Source of the DNA: Catajapyx aquilonaris
Taxonomy: Eukaryota
Length of the DNA: 64,000 nt
Direction: 5' to 3'
Assembly: GCA_000934665.2 (NCBI GenBank)
Contig: KZ538503.1
Span: forward strand, 1-64,000
Both the position numbers and the translations under genes were made by a program. The notes beneath the pieces are model-generated. The model had not been told where the DNA came from and did no database searches. It saw only the letters and a program-made list of their open reading frames with translations. Below are positions 1 to 14,229 of the stretch, piece after piece; the stretch's first letter is position 1, and each line of letters begins with the position of its first letter.

Positions 1-3000
1 CTTATATGGCCATTGAAATTGAAATGTTGTTACAATTAAACCCAGTAAATAAAATCGGGCTGGATTTGCGCTTGTTAATAATAATTGGCAGAAACTATAA
101 CCGTTAATAACGAGAGTAATTCGACCAGATTTTGTTGTACCGAGTTAATTCATGGCAAACCTTTGGTAGATCCCAAGGAAATTCCGAGTGAATCTATATA
201 GTCCCTTGATTAATTCGTGGTGATATGAGTTAAGCCAGGTGGGAATCTGAAACATTTAGGGGAACAAATTCTAGGAGAATCCGGAGTAAATCCCAAGGAA
301 TGTACGTTCAGGTAAATTAAGATACAAATTGAGATTTGCTATAGGCTAAAATGTCTGGTGAAATCGATCGTCCCAGGCAAATTTTTAGGATGATCCAATG
401 TATCATCAGTGGAGTTTAAGGGGAGATAATTCGACTCGAAAAAATTTAAATTAAGTAGGTTACATGATTAACAACATACGCAAGAAATGTGCTCCTTTTT
501 GAAGCCAAGTCAAGCCACATTTCCCTCGTTATTAATTGGCCACTCTACCCAAAACGAATGGCCCAAACTTTTGCACACAAAACTTCGCAATATTTTTCTG
601 CATTTCCTCCCTCTAGGCATTTCCTCTTTTTCTTTTCTTTCTTTTAAAAATTCGGAGGCATAAATATAAGATGTGGTTCGTCCCACATTTCCTTCGGCTT
701 AATCGGGTTGTGCGGAACTTCCGGGGATGCTCCAGGAGTTTCTCCTGTAGGTTGGAAGGGAGGGAGGGGGGGTCTAACCTGTTGAAGCGTGCAGACATTT
801 CCTCTACCCTGCTCGCAGAAAATCTAGGTCGAAAGTGGGCATTGCGAAAACGGACTCCTCTCTTCCCCCGGAGATAATTAGGCGTCCGGACTTTGGGTTG
901 GTGGTGGTAGGATGGGGAGGTGGGGGAGGGTTGAAATTCCAGGCAAAGGCCCGCCCCTAGCTGCAAGCAAGGCCCGGAGAGTGAGATGATTGCAGCCCCA
1001 GAATCCACTCACGACAGATTCCAGTCCTCAAGCTTTGCACCGATTGTCTGTGCCTCAGGACCAGGCTTGAGTCGAGTCCATTCCGCAAGCCTCAAAAGCC
1101 TCATCCCATCCCACCCCTCAGACCTAACTAATGCGATGCTCTGATCTACTCGCGGTCCAGCTCTTTTCCTCATGGGAAATTACGAGCCAAGAGCACCAAC
1201 TGGGATGGAGAGGGACTAAAAAAAAGGGTACAATGTGTACCGAATTAATAAACACATGCATTTGATGTCAAAGGTAATTAATCACCTTCGGCTGCCAAAT
1301 CAAACGGCGTTCAGTCGCGCTTCGGGCGATGGATAATTATCGGAGGGAAAATTGATGGGGTGGTTTTTTGGAGGCCAATATGCCATTTTTTTGGTGAAAT
1401 GTTTTTTTTTTACTAAAGCTGACAACAATGCTGGTTAAGTTCAAATTTTGGTTGCTTATAATTAGGTACAGTTAACAAAACAAACATGCCCCTATATATG
1501 GTCATCGATATAGATATAGGCGACCCAATAAAATAATAAGTGAAGATAAAATATGACACATAAACACATTGAATTGCATGTAACACATAAAAATTACCAG
1601 CTCAGTTGTAAATAATTAATTACATAAAATCATTTAGTTGCCCAGCAATTTTATTGGAGCGGGAAGTCATCTGCTGAGTTTTTCAAATTCAAAGTGTAAA
1701 ATTGCATGATGGCCTAATCAGAAATAATTTTTCATTCACTGTTCAATTCATTAGGCGATGTTTAGGATTATGAATTTTCATTAATCAGAGCTTGGTTTAA
1801 TGGCACGAATTAAATAAAATTGTGCGGTAAAGTTAATATAGGCTTAAACTAAAGGTTAAATGGGAAGCAAAAAATGTTTCATTTTGAATTTCACAAGGTA
1901 AGGGTGTAAGGGTAATGTTAAGATACGAGTTTACTCCATATTGTAAATATTTTTCCTGATTATTTTAATCTCGGTTTGAACAATTACATGGACATAACCT
2001 TCACCTTGCCAAGAAGTCTGATAATTTTGTTGGCATACACCACGACCTTGATGCTCTGAATTGACCAAAAAAATGCTTCCAAGCTTAAACTTTGTCTATA
2101 CGATCCGAGGTCAAGGGCATTACAGCAAACAAATCGCGTTAACAACTTATTACACAACAAAATTCAATTAACCACTCACCTAATTACTCGCCTTAAATAA
2201 TTATTCTCAATAACCTCCAGCCTAATAAACGACATTATACCTTACCATGACAATGATGACATCAATTCGCGTTTGCAGGTGACCCACTTTTTTATTTAAA
2301 AATAAATCATAAATAAGCAACGCGTGTGCCTCGAATGGGACTCGGTTTCGATTCACCATCAGTCATCGTCATCATTTATTTTCATTCCGATTGATTTGGG
2401 GTCCCCGCGACGGTCCCAAGCCTCGCTTCACTTGGCCCCCTTTTACCCTCCCTAAAAAAAGGAACCCCCAGTCGCAACATGCCTGAACCCTTAGTCAAAA
2501 GAAAACTATGACAATAGGCTGTCTGTGTGTATATAGGCCGCCACAATGGGAAGTGAGAATCGTGTGATCGATATCGAATTTTCTTGCAACTTCGATTCAG
2601 CCTGTACCGGCTCTTCCTGCACCATTATATATACAAAAAAAAACTATTTTTCGAGAAAAAAAAGTAGCAGAAAACAGGAAACCTTCTATTGACTCCATTC
2701 ATCTGAAGAGGATCTTCAGAAAGAGGTTTCCTCCCGACTTCTTTCAACTACAGGCTGTAGCACTCTAACAGCAATAAGTGAAGCGATTCACACACAAAAA
2801 AATTCGAGTCATTGGACCCTCATTTTTTTTTGTTTATTCCGTCGATGTTACCTTACAACAATTTATGTTGCAGCATTTTTCCATTGATAAATCCTGGTTC
2901 AGTCACCGGACAGTCCAGAGGGTTGAACGGCCTGGATATACCGCCCACGCTCCGTACATTTTCAGAGTTTGTTGCACATATTTTTAGGCGACTGGCCCGT

Positions 3001-4565
3001 ATCAACCTAGAAGTTGCCTGGTCCTGATTTCCCCGAGGGGAAATTGAAAACCGCCCTTGGAATATTCGTGGTAGGGGGCGCTATACAACAAAAAAAAGGA
3101 GCGATGCAGTGCATGCTCTCACAAACAGCTCCTCCATTATTGTACGAGGGGCGTGCAAAAAACTTGCAGTTAAACGCTCTGGGGGAAAATGTAATGAATT
3201 GATTGGGGGCTAGAGGATGAGGTGGTAGGATGGTAGGGGGCAAGGGGAGTGTTTGAAGCTCATTATCCAGCCCAATATGCTGCTCTTGGCATTGGTCCCG
3301 ATTCGACCACCTCGCGCAAAAGTGCTTGGGATGAATCATGGAACCATCTACGATAATGCCCCGTATATAATACACAGGGTGGCCGCAAATTGAGGGCTCG
3401 TAATTTTTTTTTTCGTGGCATGGTTTTTGTTGGAAGCTTGTTGGATGTTCTCAGCATGACTTCTAGTCAGTGGTAGGAGGTTGGGTCTACTACGAGTAAT
3501 TATTAATTAATTGGAATGTGACAAATATATTCAGGAGATGCTATCTTGCGATTTGCATGCAGATACTATGCATCCAGCTACATCTCGCAATCAGACAGGA
3601 AAATGACCATCGGATTTTGTAATCGATAAGGAGCCGAGTTCATTAGCGCTAGGGTGACAGACAGACAGACACTCAGCATGCGCCGGATTTAAACACAAAA
3701 CCAGAAGGGTACAGTGAGGAATAAATATATAACGAACGGTTCATCTGGTGCCAGAATCCAATCGCACCTATTGTCACACGAGCTCCTCTCTAATTGTCAC
3801 AAAGCCCCCCTTTGTGCGCATCGGTCATGCTCGTCTGCTTGCTCTCACAACAACCAACAACGACAAAAAAAAGACTGTCAATAATACCAGTACCTAGTAA
3901 TCAAACCGACTAATCACACGGTTGCAAACATAGTGGATGAGAGTACGCGATTTTTGACCACACTGATTTCACTGCTACTGCTAAAAGTCGCAGCGACCTA
4001 TGGAAAGCAGCTTATTAAAATCGCAATTTTTGAGTTCAAAAGCCGAAAATGTAGAGGTAAAAGCGGGCCAAGTCCTGCCATCTGGACTGATAGAAGGAGA
4101 GAAATATGTTCATCTTCTCTCTCTCTCTTTTCCTCATTCCTTCCGCTCTAATGCCCTATATATTCGGCCAATAATCTCTAGCTGCCTTCACAGCGAGATT
4201 GAGTCCTCGCTCGGATTTCATTCCTCGCCAGCCAGACTTTGCCCCAAACTTTTCTTCCTCATTTTTTTTTCTCTTATTCCTTCTTCTTCCTTGACCATAC
4301 CTTCCAACCCACCTCCCTCCGTGAGACATCACATTTTTCACTCGATTTTTTTCTTCTTCTTCTTCATCTATCTCGCTTCAGAAATGCACTAGTCCCTCCT
4401 GGCATGGTAAAAATGCTTCTGATAAATTGCGGGCCATAATTTTATTCGATACCTCCCGTCTTTGGTTCGACAGTACCTTAATATCCAAGGAAAAGGCAAT
4501 TGTGTATTATTATAACACGTTATAAGCACCCCCAATGAGGCCTCGGGCATCTTTAACTGGGTAGG

Positions 4566-4584
4566 TAATAAATATATAAATATA

Positions 4585-4631
<47 letters not shown>

Positions 4632-4634
4632 ATA
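4566..4634. repeat. (TAAA)n microsatellite
   Basis: Direct reading. Confidence 0.95.
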
Positions 4635-4645
4635 GAAGGACCAGA

Positions 4646-4939
4646 CAGGGTGATTCAACTTTTTTGTCCGAACAGTTATCGGAACGGTTATTGTAGCTGC
4701 TACTTTGTAAGCAGTGACTTGCAACCGGTGATTTGTCGGAGGAATGGGGAATGGGGAAAAAGAGGGTCGCGCATCCCATGGCATGTGTGAACCTATTTTT
4801 TCCAGGCTTGACCCTCAATTTTCGCAGGGAATATTCCCCGTTCCTCCGAAAAATCACCGTTTTCAAGTCACTGCTTACAAAGTAGCAGCTACGTGCAATT
4901 TTCCGATAACTGTTCGTGCAAAAAAGTTGAAACACCCTG
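4646..4939. mobile_element. Tc1/mariner-type MITE, family M1 copy 1
   Basis: CAGGGTG...CACCCTG termini with long (~90 bp) inverted arms. Closely similar to the copies at 10480 and 62548 but lacks ~30 bp of their centre. TA flanks are degenerate. Confidence 0.9.
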
Positions 4940-4954
4940 TGTATACAAAAATAA

Positions 4955-5326
4955 ACTCTAAAAATACTTTCGAATGCTTTTCCACTCCATAGGAGTAGTC
5001 GCCTACTTGATTTGACTCACACTCTTTTTGAGTAGAAATCACTCGGTCACTTGAGTGAAATATTTTAACTCAAACTGAGCGATAATTTCACTCAAATTGA
5101 GTGGATTTTCTCGCTCCATTTGAGCGAAATGACCACTCAGATTCGAGCGAAAAAACCACTGAACTTAATGGGTTTCACTCACTGAAAGAGTAGTCTCCCA
5201 CTCATCGTCTTCTTTCGAGTAATTTTCCACTCGATTTGAGTTAAAAGCAATTATTTGAGGAGAGAAATTCACTCTAAATTAGCATTCTTTTTGTGTGAAA
5301 TTTTCACTCGAAATTTTTTATAGAGT
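4955..5326. mobile_element. Degenerate MITE with internal CACTC/GAGTG sub-repeats
   Basis: Imperfect TIRs ACTCTAAAAATACTTTCGA / TCGAAATTTTTTATAGAGT enclosing many CACTC and GAGT/GAGCG motifs. Confidence 0.55.
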
Positions 5327-5594
5327 AGGACAGATTTGTGATCTAAAATTTTTCATTAATATTTCTGCTGATGTAACAGCTTATCTCTATCTACTGCATT
5401 TTGAGGTAAACCAGCTGTTGCACCCACCGATTTTCTTAACAGGCCCGATAATAACCTCCGCCTAACTCCAGCAAGTGTCAAGTCACGTAACACCGTCCAG
5501 AATATTGACATTCGAGGTGCCAGCTACTGCCACATTACTTCACACGTAACCCAACTAGTTACATGACTGCGCTAATTCGCCGATCGCGTTCCCT

Positions 5595-5598
5595 TCTC

Positions 5599-5648
<50 letters not shown>
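5595..5648. repeat. (CT)n microsatellite
   Basis: Direct reading. Confidence 0.95.
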
Positions 5649-5651
<3 letters not shown>

Positions 5652-8600
5652 AATTTTTTTTTGCACACATGAAAAGGCAGCAGCTGTGTCCTGTACAAGC
5701 CCGTTTCCGCCATGACATTCATTCAGAAGTAAACAGGTCAGGTATGGCAAATTATTAATGCTGAAGTGCAGTGGGTCAGTGGGTCAAGTTGACAGGTGGC
5801 GACCTTGTCACGCAAGCGGGGTGTGCACTCATGTTGCTCACAATGGTCCCATATTTTATTCATAGTCGTCAGGATGGGGGAAGAGTGTACAGGGTGAGTC
5901 AGACTTTCTCTTAAAGAAATGTGTCCAACTCCTGGTGGTTGGTTAGACATGATTTTTTTTTTATTTATTATAATCCTGGAATATGATATCCGAGGGTGTT
6001 GATAAAGCTGGAGGATGTGGCGTCGTCTCTGTGAGAAAAGCCTGCTTCCACATGCTGAGGAGGACGCCAGGGCCGCCATCACAGCCAATAAGCCTATCAG
6101 AATTCCCTTCCGCCTGCAGCCAAACGCCTTGAGGCTGCTGGGGCTGCCTTTTCCAACTGCTTTGCTCCCGGAATCTGCTTCCGGAATCACCGGGGAGAAA
6201 TTCCGAGGGTAATTGGGAAGCAAGAAACCGCCGGATGGAAAGAAAGTTGACTCCCAGAAGCCACGTACCAGAGAAAGAGACACAGTCTGGTGGTGGACCC
6301 GTTTACCACTAGGTTTTTAAAACATTAGAACTAAACTTCAAATGGTAGAGTTGAAATGAGGGGTCCCAGATCAAACATGGAGGGTGTAACACAAATGAGT
6401 ACAGCAATTATGTATTTTAATGTCATTGCGTATTAATTGCACATTTGAGTATGTAGCTGAACTATGGCAACATAAAAGGTTTCAAGAGAAAACTTAAGTA
6501 ATCATAGATTTTTGCTCATTTTATGATCAGTTTTTCCAAGTTCTTTAAACTGGTACCCTGTCTCATAGCAAAAAAAATATTCAGGATTATACAGACCTGT
6601 TTGTACACCCGATATGTGATTGAAGTCTCAGCACTTTTTTGAGAACGAGATTTGTTGACTCGCATCAATGCTATATTCAAGTCTTGTCGAATGCATTACA
6701 TTGGCATTGACATACATAGCTTTTATTTTTGTGCTTCGCGAGCTGTTGCGTAAGAGATCCAATCGTGTTATCAAATCGGACATGCTACAGTTCAATACCA
6801 CGACGGAATGAACATGCGCCATGTAGGTTACCAATATTCGGTTGCAATGACACAAAGACTCATACGACATTAGCATAGAACATGTAAGCTACCAATGAAT
6901 GTTCATTCTCTCAGAAAAGTTTTTCCAGCAGCGATTTCCACGAGTTGATACAGTATGAACTCTTTGAAAACATTCTGCGCATTCCTTTAGTTCGAGAGCC
7001 AGTACACGAAAGAGTCATAAAACCAATGTAAAAGCAAGCTGCAGCTCGGTGGGGTCATTCTGTCCGATTTCTTTTCACTCTTTTTTTTCCCCCTCTTTCT
7101 CCGGTCCCATGTTTAAAACATTAAACTCTCAGCCCCGTGCCATGTCGTTTCAAATAATAAAAAACCGGTTCAGACATTAGAATAACCGAACATGACAACA
7201 CGGTCGAATTTTCTTCTTCTCCCTGCACTTATCCAACTGCAGATGCCTCCCGTCGCCATGTGCCATTCCAGGAGGCAGTAATAGCCGGAAAAACGTCTTG
7301 CCAAATTAGGCCCCAAACTTGCAGGATAATAAAACGGCTCGGGGGCTTCCCCGGCCAAGTGGAAAAAGGTCATCAGCCCACAGGAAAAGAAGAAGAAGAA
7401 GGCGGCGGCTCGTGTTCTTGCAGAATCAATTTGTGTGAAGCCTACTCTTTTCTCCGGCGGTTAGACACAGTGGAGAGAGAGTGGTACAACAAAAAGAGGG
7501 TACAAGGATCATGCAACGAGGCTTGCCCTCCATTACCCTAAGCCCGAGTCCATCTGCACAAGAGCCAGGCTTGCACGCCCCATCCAACTCGCTCGTAGCA
7601 GATGTTCCAGCAGCATGCAAGCCCAGCATTAAGAGCTTTTCTCTCGGAGGACTTTGATTATTTATCCGGATCCGAGCAAACACATACACACGAGAGAGCA
7701 GCCATGTCACGCCCAGACTTTTCCTTGGCTGTAGTAGAAATGTCCTGAGAGTGAGGTCGTCACCTTTTGGACACAGACGAGTTCCTCCTGGGACATCTCC
7801 CACCTTCCAAAACTTATCGGCGCCGGCAGCTCTCCAATTAAAACACAAGTTGAACGACCTCTTCTATACACTAGTTCCTTTATACCAACCCCAAGAAAAC
7901 AGATGGGAAATTAACTATGAGTTGGAGCTGATCCCGACCCTATATATGAAGAGTCGCTGGGGCTAAACTTGCCTCGTTAAACTTTATCTGGGATTAAAAG
8001 CCGGCTGGTTGAGTTTTGTAATGGAGGTCGGGGGAATTATGTCAGCGGTTCAGACAACTTCCGGGGGGCTACCCAGAAGCAGATGGAAAAGATTTCAAGG
8101 AGATGCTTGGAGGAATTCCTCTTCAAGACATTTCCCCTGAGATTACACTGGAAAAAAAATCGAACCTGAGAGATATCTGATTCTATTACCACCTTCTCTT
8201 TTGGGAGGGTTGCAGCAGCCTTGACCCAGACCTTGAGCTTAGAAAAAAAACCGGAATCTAAAACCGATTTGCATCTATATCATCCTATTTTGCCACCACT
8301 CTTTTTTAGCCAGAGCAGAGAGAGGCACATGCGAAAAACCAGGAAATGCATCGGGATTTTTTGTGTGTGTGTGCTCTCGATTTTCCTGGGCAAATAATGT
8401 TGCGCTGCTGATGCTGGAGGAGCACAAAAACTCTGGTCGATGCAGCCACCAAGAGGATGTTCCTTTTTTGGGGGGAGAGATTGGACACACCCACAAAAAA
8501 TGATGCAAATAAGCTGAGGGCTTTGTATTGATTGCAGTGCAGTAATTTCCCCATTGCATTCCACGAAATTGGTGCTGTTTTGCGTATGTGTTCAAGAATT

Positions 8601-9130
8601 TTGACTAAAAAAATTTTTGGGTTCAGTTTTCTCCAACAGAATTGGTAGAGAGAGGGCAAAGTGAAAAAAAAAATCCCCAGTTGCCGAGTTGATGATTTAA
8701 GTGGCTGTGACAAATTGCGTGAGATAAGGTTTTCTCCCGAGGTCCCTTAGGAAAAAAAAGAAGTGGTGGTGGTGGTGGGGGGGGGGGACCTTGCGGATAA
8801 AAGAATTTCGAGAGAGGGCGGGGGGCGATTTGAAGCCCTCCAAATGGCCCACTCCTGGAAGAAAAAAAGGAGGGTGCCTGCCTCCAACGACTCTTGCGAT
8901 GTCATCAAATCGCTGCTCTTTTGCCTGCAAGCCTTCCCAAGGTTGTCGTCGCCATTTCAAACGCGGCTAAATTTCATCCACCTGTCTCGACAGCTTCTAA
9001 AAAAAGCAGCATTCACAACTTTGCACATTTGCTGGCCGCGCCTGAAATACAGGCAGTCAGTTAAGCAAAAGAGGTTCATTGGTTGCATGCAAGCCAGGAT
9101 AAGCCAGAATTTGTGCTGATTTCTTCTATA

Positions 9131-9258
9131 CTAGGGCACATGCCAAAATTGTCCATGTAGTACTATACCCCTCACATAGATGACGCACTACTGCAACTCT
9201 CAGGGTCGGGCGAGGGGTAGCTGATGACTCACCCCGGACAAACAAAGACATACACTTA
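9131..9258 (-). mobile_element. Helitron-like family H2 short copy
   Basis: Minus strand reads TTTGTCCGGGGTGAGTCATCA..GCGTCATCTATG..TTTTGGCA..CTAG|T. Confidence 0.6.
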
Positions 9259-9264
9259 ATCTAG

Positions 9265-9805
9265 TGCTGTGAGCTGCATTTTAACAATGTTACATTAGTA
9301 ACTTGTCAAAAACACTTTTAAAAATACTTTCACTTTAAAAAATTTTGACTTTTAAAAATAAGCAGCTTAAATTCTCAAAGATCCATCATGGATATTTTAA
9401 GTGATTGATGGCCTATCTGCTGTGAAATTGCATTGCATTGCTACATTAGTATTATCACATTTTGCATGCTAAAAAGTGGCTGCTAAAAAATAATACGATT
9501 AATGTCCAATTTTTAAAAAAAGTTGGCCTGTCTGTTCTGCTGTGGAACTGAATTTTAACAGTGTTACATCAGCTATTATAATAATCTGATAAAATTAACT
9601 ACTTAAAAATAAGTAGCTTAATTCTCAAAAATTGCTAACCATCAGAGGGAGATTTTTAGATGTAGGTCTACCTCTTGTGCTGTGGGATTTTATTTTAAGG
9701 TGTTACATACATTAGTTATTTATTAGTCTGCTGAAAGTAACTGCTTCAAATAATCTGATTAATGCCCAATTTTAAGAAGTTGGCATGTCTGTTGTGCTGT
9801 GAAAG
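9265..9805. repeat. Diverged tandem repeat with A-B-A-B organisation
   Basis: Units start GCTGTG near 9266, 9418, 9539, 9679 and 9796. Confidence 0.75.
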
Positions 9806-10465
9806 TGGATGGTTATTATCAGGCGACTGGGAGTGGAAAATAGTTGCACATAGTGGTTGTGTTAGGGTCTATCCATCATAAAGCTACGCCCCCGCAATAT
9901 CCTTTCCTAGGTCGGTTGGCGTGGAGGGTTGGCTTGGCTGGGGAGCTTGGGCCTCGACATTGGCCCAATTCGCCCACGCTTCAACCTTCCGCCCTGCTAA
10001 ACCTACCCCCCTCTCCACGTGCTTTTCCAATTTGCACTCTCGCTTTTCCTGGCCTCTCTACACCCACGCAGGACTTTCACCCATCGCGGTGCAGCAAGCA
10101 TTGCCTTTTACTACTACTATAGGCTAGTACTACGCCACCACACAATTCCGTGGCGGATAGTGGCAATATTTCCTCGCATCACGACACAAATGTGCATGGC
10201 TAGGGAAAAGGGGGGAAAGGGGGGTTGGGGGGGCCTCCGATTTTGCAGGGGGCCGCAAAAGCTAAAAGCGAGGGTAACCTGCAGTGGTTACGGTGGTTTG
10301 GAAGGGAAGAAACCACAGGAGCTGAGGATCTTGCTTAGTTAGCAAGGAAATTACCAGAGGTGAAGGAATTGCCTGCAGACGTGGAAGAACAGCTCTCTAA
10401 TAGTCATGCTCTACGCCTGATTCAAATGTACACAGACAGTTTTATAACATAAATAGTGATAAATA

Positions 10466-10887
10466 TCTACATATAATAACAGGGTGTTTCAACTTTTTGT
10501 CCGAACAGTTATCGGAAAATTGCACGTAGCTGCTACTCTGTAAGCAGTGACTTGCAACCGGTGATTTGTCGGAGGAATGGGGAATGGGGGAAAAAGAAGG
10601 TCCCCCAAGGCATGTGTAACCCTCTTTTTTTCCAGGCTTGGCCCTAAATTTTCAGAGGGCAGCACGTATGCCCCTTTAACCTACGATTCGCTGGGAATAT
10701 TCCCCGTTCCTCCAAAAAATCACCGTTTGCAAGTCACTGCTTACAAAGTAGCAGCTACGTGCAATTTTCTGATAACTGTTCGGACAAAAAAGTTGAAACA
10801 CCCTGCATAAAAGGCTGAGTTTGTTGGTTTGTTTGTCCAAGTTTCGCCATGGAAACAGGCCGTGTGAAGAACGGGCTCCTCTGCTTG
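10466..10887 (+). mobile_element. Mini-Helitron with H1-type termini (~100 bp), interrupted by MITE M1
   Basis: A|TCTACATATAATAA, then [M1], then ...GTTTGTTGGTTTGTTTG...CCGTGTGAAGAACGGG CTCCTCTG CTTG|T. The 3' terminus is a degenerate CTAG. Confidence 0.65.
10480..10805. mobile_element. Tc1/mariner-type MITE, family M1 copy 2 (inserted in a mini-Helitron)
   Basis: CAGGGTGTTTCAACTTTTTGTCCGAACAG...CTGTTCGGACAAAAAAGTTGAAACACCCTG inverted termini. Confidence 0.9.
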
Positions 10888-11369
10888 TTAAATTATAAAT
10901 GATCATAATAATAAACATCAGCAATGCGCTACCTACATGAGATATAATGGTACTAAGTCCACATTCGGAGGGGGGACAGCAGAGCAGTGTTGCCAAATTT
11001 TGGCTGTTCACTCACGTTAAATAGTTAAATAATTATATGCAAATAAATATAGCTGCTACTGGGGCAAAATATTTTTTTTCCTGTCAGACCACACTCTGGA
11101 CCTGTCGCAACACATAATCGTCACCATTACGGGTAACCTTTTCAGTAACTCCAGCACAATAGCATCAGAACACTGGACCATAAACGTCGAAATGGCCTAC
11201 CAAAAGTGGCGATTTTCCAGAGAGGGCGCCAACCATTGCACAATACAATTTCTTGGGACCAAAAGTTATACAGGAACGTTCAAAAATAAAGGATAGTCTG
11301 TACGTTCTTACTTGCAACGTACACTTCATTGAAGTGGAGCAAGCAGAAAATATTAGTACCCTACTTTCA

Positions 11370-11680
11370 AGAGTTGATAACTAATAAGAATATAATTTAT
11401 CTGGGCGATTTTCTGACCCGATGGACTTCAAGTAATGTGAACCCGTCCATAAATATTTTGGGTTTTATTTATTGCTAAAAACAATCCATTTTTTCGCTTG
11501 TAACTTACAGCAGTCTTTTTAAGTAGGCCGAAAATATTAGATTATAATATTAAGGAGCTGATAACTGCTAATAATATTTTAGAGCGATTTTCTGGCCTGC
11601 TTCAAGTAATGTGAACCGGCTTTAGACCCATAAATATTTGTGACTCATATTTATTGCTAAAAACAACCCTATTTTTCTAG
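11370..11680. repeat. Diverged ~185-bp tandem duplication
   Basis: GCGATTTTCTG, CTTCAAGTAATGTGAACC, CATAAATATTT and TATTTATTGCTAAAAACAA each occur twice in the same order. Confidence 0.8.
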
Positions 11681-13865
11681 CCAAATAATTTTCCCAGCTC
11701 TAGTGCAAGCTAACAAGTGTCTCGTCGTGCTGGAAGACTGCGTTATGACACACATAAAATTATGGCAATAATATATTATTGTAGAAAAAAAACCAAAATT
11801 ATTTGAAAGCTTGTAACTTAATACTTTTTTAAAAAATTTAGAAGTTCTGAATAACCGGCGCTTTTTTTTAAATAAAAAAGACCAGAATTCCTGGGCCCTA
11901 AGCGCTACTTGCATCAAATGGTGTGTGCTTGGCCGCACTCGTCTAATTGAATAGTCAGTGGGCGGAGCAGAGCGAGAATTGCTCAAATATGGCATAATGA
12001 ACAAGGATGGCCCCCATAACGACGTTAGGGATGAGAGACAACATCCAACCAGGCGTGTCTAAGCCCAGAAATAATTGAAAGAGCCCCCCCCCCCTCTTTC
12101 CCCCAGCAACCAAGTAACCTGATGGAGCACTTTATGCAAGGAAGGGTCTATTTGAAGCGACGACTCTTGGACCCCCCCTTTGGAATCCTTAAGGCGCAAT
12201 TCATGCCATCCCTAGGAATGATAGCATGGTTGGCGTAAAATGAGCAATATGACCCCTTCTGACACAAGGCGTCCTTTGCATTCTCACCTCGTCTCATGTC
12301 TAGTGGAACATGCGCACCCTAAGTAAATGTTAATTCCAGACGACCGACCATAAATTTCTTATTTCAGACTCCCTCCAAGTGGGAGGAAGACAATCCTTTA
12401 TCCCTGGAGGAAGAGGCATTAGATGTGTCTATTTCCCTTCCTTCCTTTTACTATGCAAGGATCGTGTGGGCGTGGACAGAGCTATCTATACGAGGACCCC
12501 CCAGCTAGTCCTCTCATTTCATTCCAGGTCACGCTCAGACAGTCCTCAGGAGCAAAATTCGGCAACGCAGCTTCCGGAAAAGGGAGACGAACCAACCGGA
12601 GGAAGAGAAAAGAGAAGGGGGGGGGGGGGGAAAGGGACTCCCTTCATTGCCATTCAAAGACCTACTCAGAGTCTTCTTGCTCCTGGCTCCCTCAATTGAA
12701 ACTTTAACTCGGGCATTAAAAAAGGGGGTAGTAGCACCCTATGAGTACCCCCCAAAAAAGGGGACAGTAACCCACAGGTTTCAACAAAATGTAAAACGAC
12801 TTACGGTTAAGGCTGACTGTGCTTACAAGTATAACAATTTAAAAAAAACATGAGAGTTACAGCACCAGCTTGTATTTTTTAAAACTAAAAATTAAGCCGT
12901 TTTTGTAGCGGGTCAAGGCCATTAGAATCAATGGCAAAGTCTCTGCATAAAACCAAAAAAACCGAGTTAATTCCTGCTGCAACATTTCACTTTATGTAAC
13001 AACCAACGCCATTTTTTTTTCCAGATTTAAGTTCTTTTTCTAACAGTTCAGGTATGAACCTCTCGTATTTTTATCCCCCCTTCTCACACTCCCAGTTGCA
13101 TTTTTTCGATTACATGACAAAAATCCGGGGGAGCCCCCTGATTTATTCATGGCTCCTTCCTTGTCGCCAGTGATTCTTGAAAAAGTAATGTGGATACCAT
13201 GGAGCCGACTTTTTTTTTGAAAAAAAGAAGAAGAAAAAAATGTTCTACATTTTTCTTCTCCCCCACTGCAACCCTTGAGCATCACCATTTATTTCCTTGA
13301 AACCCGGAAGAATCTTGGGTTTCCCCCTCCAACCGCCCCAAGCATTATTAGTTGGGAACAAAAATGGCGGACAGATAACATAAATTATTGCAAAGAAGAT
13401 TTTCGTGATGTTTTTGGTGGTTTCACCGAACAGCAAGCGTCGCGACATTTTTGCTTTTTTAAAAAAAGTGTAGGAATAATCCAAATTGGGATCCAGTTTT
13501 TTTCCCTATCTTCCTTCAGAGAAACTTCCTCAACGTGGCTCGAATTTTCCTTCGGCCTGGGTAAAAATACACCTCTCTCGCCGCCTCCTTTCCACACGAA
13601 CGGGCTTGAAATCCCTCAAACAAATTCGCCAATCAGGAAGATCCACTCTGCCCGTTCAGACGGCGTCGGTTTGACAGAATAAAGGCAGAAAATTGGGGGG
13701 GGGGGGGGGGTCTGTGCCAAACNNNNNNNNNNGGGGGGGGGGGAGTCTGTGCCAAACAATGTTGCGAATTTTTTTCCAGATTTTTCAAGGCCAATATTGT
13801 GGTGTCTGGAGCCAATTTGGGGGCTATGAAAAGATCAAAATTAAATGCAGGGATTGAAACTAAAC

Positions 13866-14229
13866 GCATAATACTAATCACCTTATTCTGTCTGTCCGTG
13901 TTGACTCATCGCCTAGGTAGTATATACTCGTAGTTACCATAGTCCAGTTTGACTTTCCTCGTTCAGCAATTAGAGGACATAATTATAGCGGTCAGAGAGG
14001 GTCGGGCACATTTCAATGGAGTCGAGATATGTGATGGTTATAGCACCCTGGTGGGCTTTGTCCACGCGGTGACTCATCACCAACGTGCATTAGTACTACT
14101 TTCCCCCTAAGCACGGCATTAGTGTGACAGCCTATGCGCCAACTAGTATGGCCTATGTACTACTTCCAAGTGGGGGGAAGGGAGCAAACAGTGTTGCCAA
14201 AATTTGGCAACGAGTCGCAGCTACTATAG
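13866..14229 (+). mobile_element. Helitron-like family H2 copy
   Basis: Homologous to the 17451 copy. Subterminal hairpin GTTGCCAA-AAT-TTGGCAAC at 14193-14211. Confidence 0.78.

Noticed and set aside
2703..2735. CTGAAGA...GAAA hammerhead-like core
   Set aside because: Stems I-III and the UH cleavage site cannot be formed. It is better explained as the short palindrome TCTGAAGA-GGA-TCTTCAGA.
13695..13757. poly-G + TCTGTGCCAAAC repeated either side of a 10-N gap (13723-13732)
   Set aside because: Most likely an assembly artefact from overlapping contig ends at a homopolymer.
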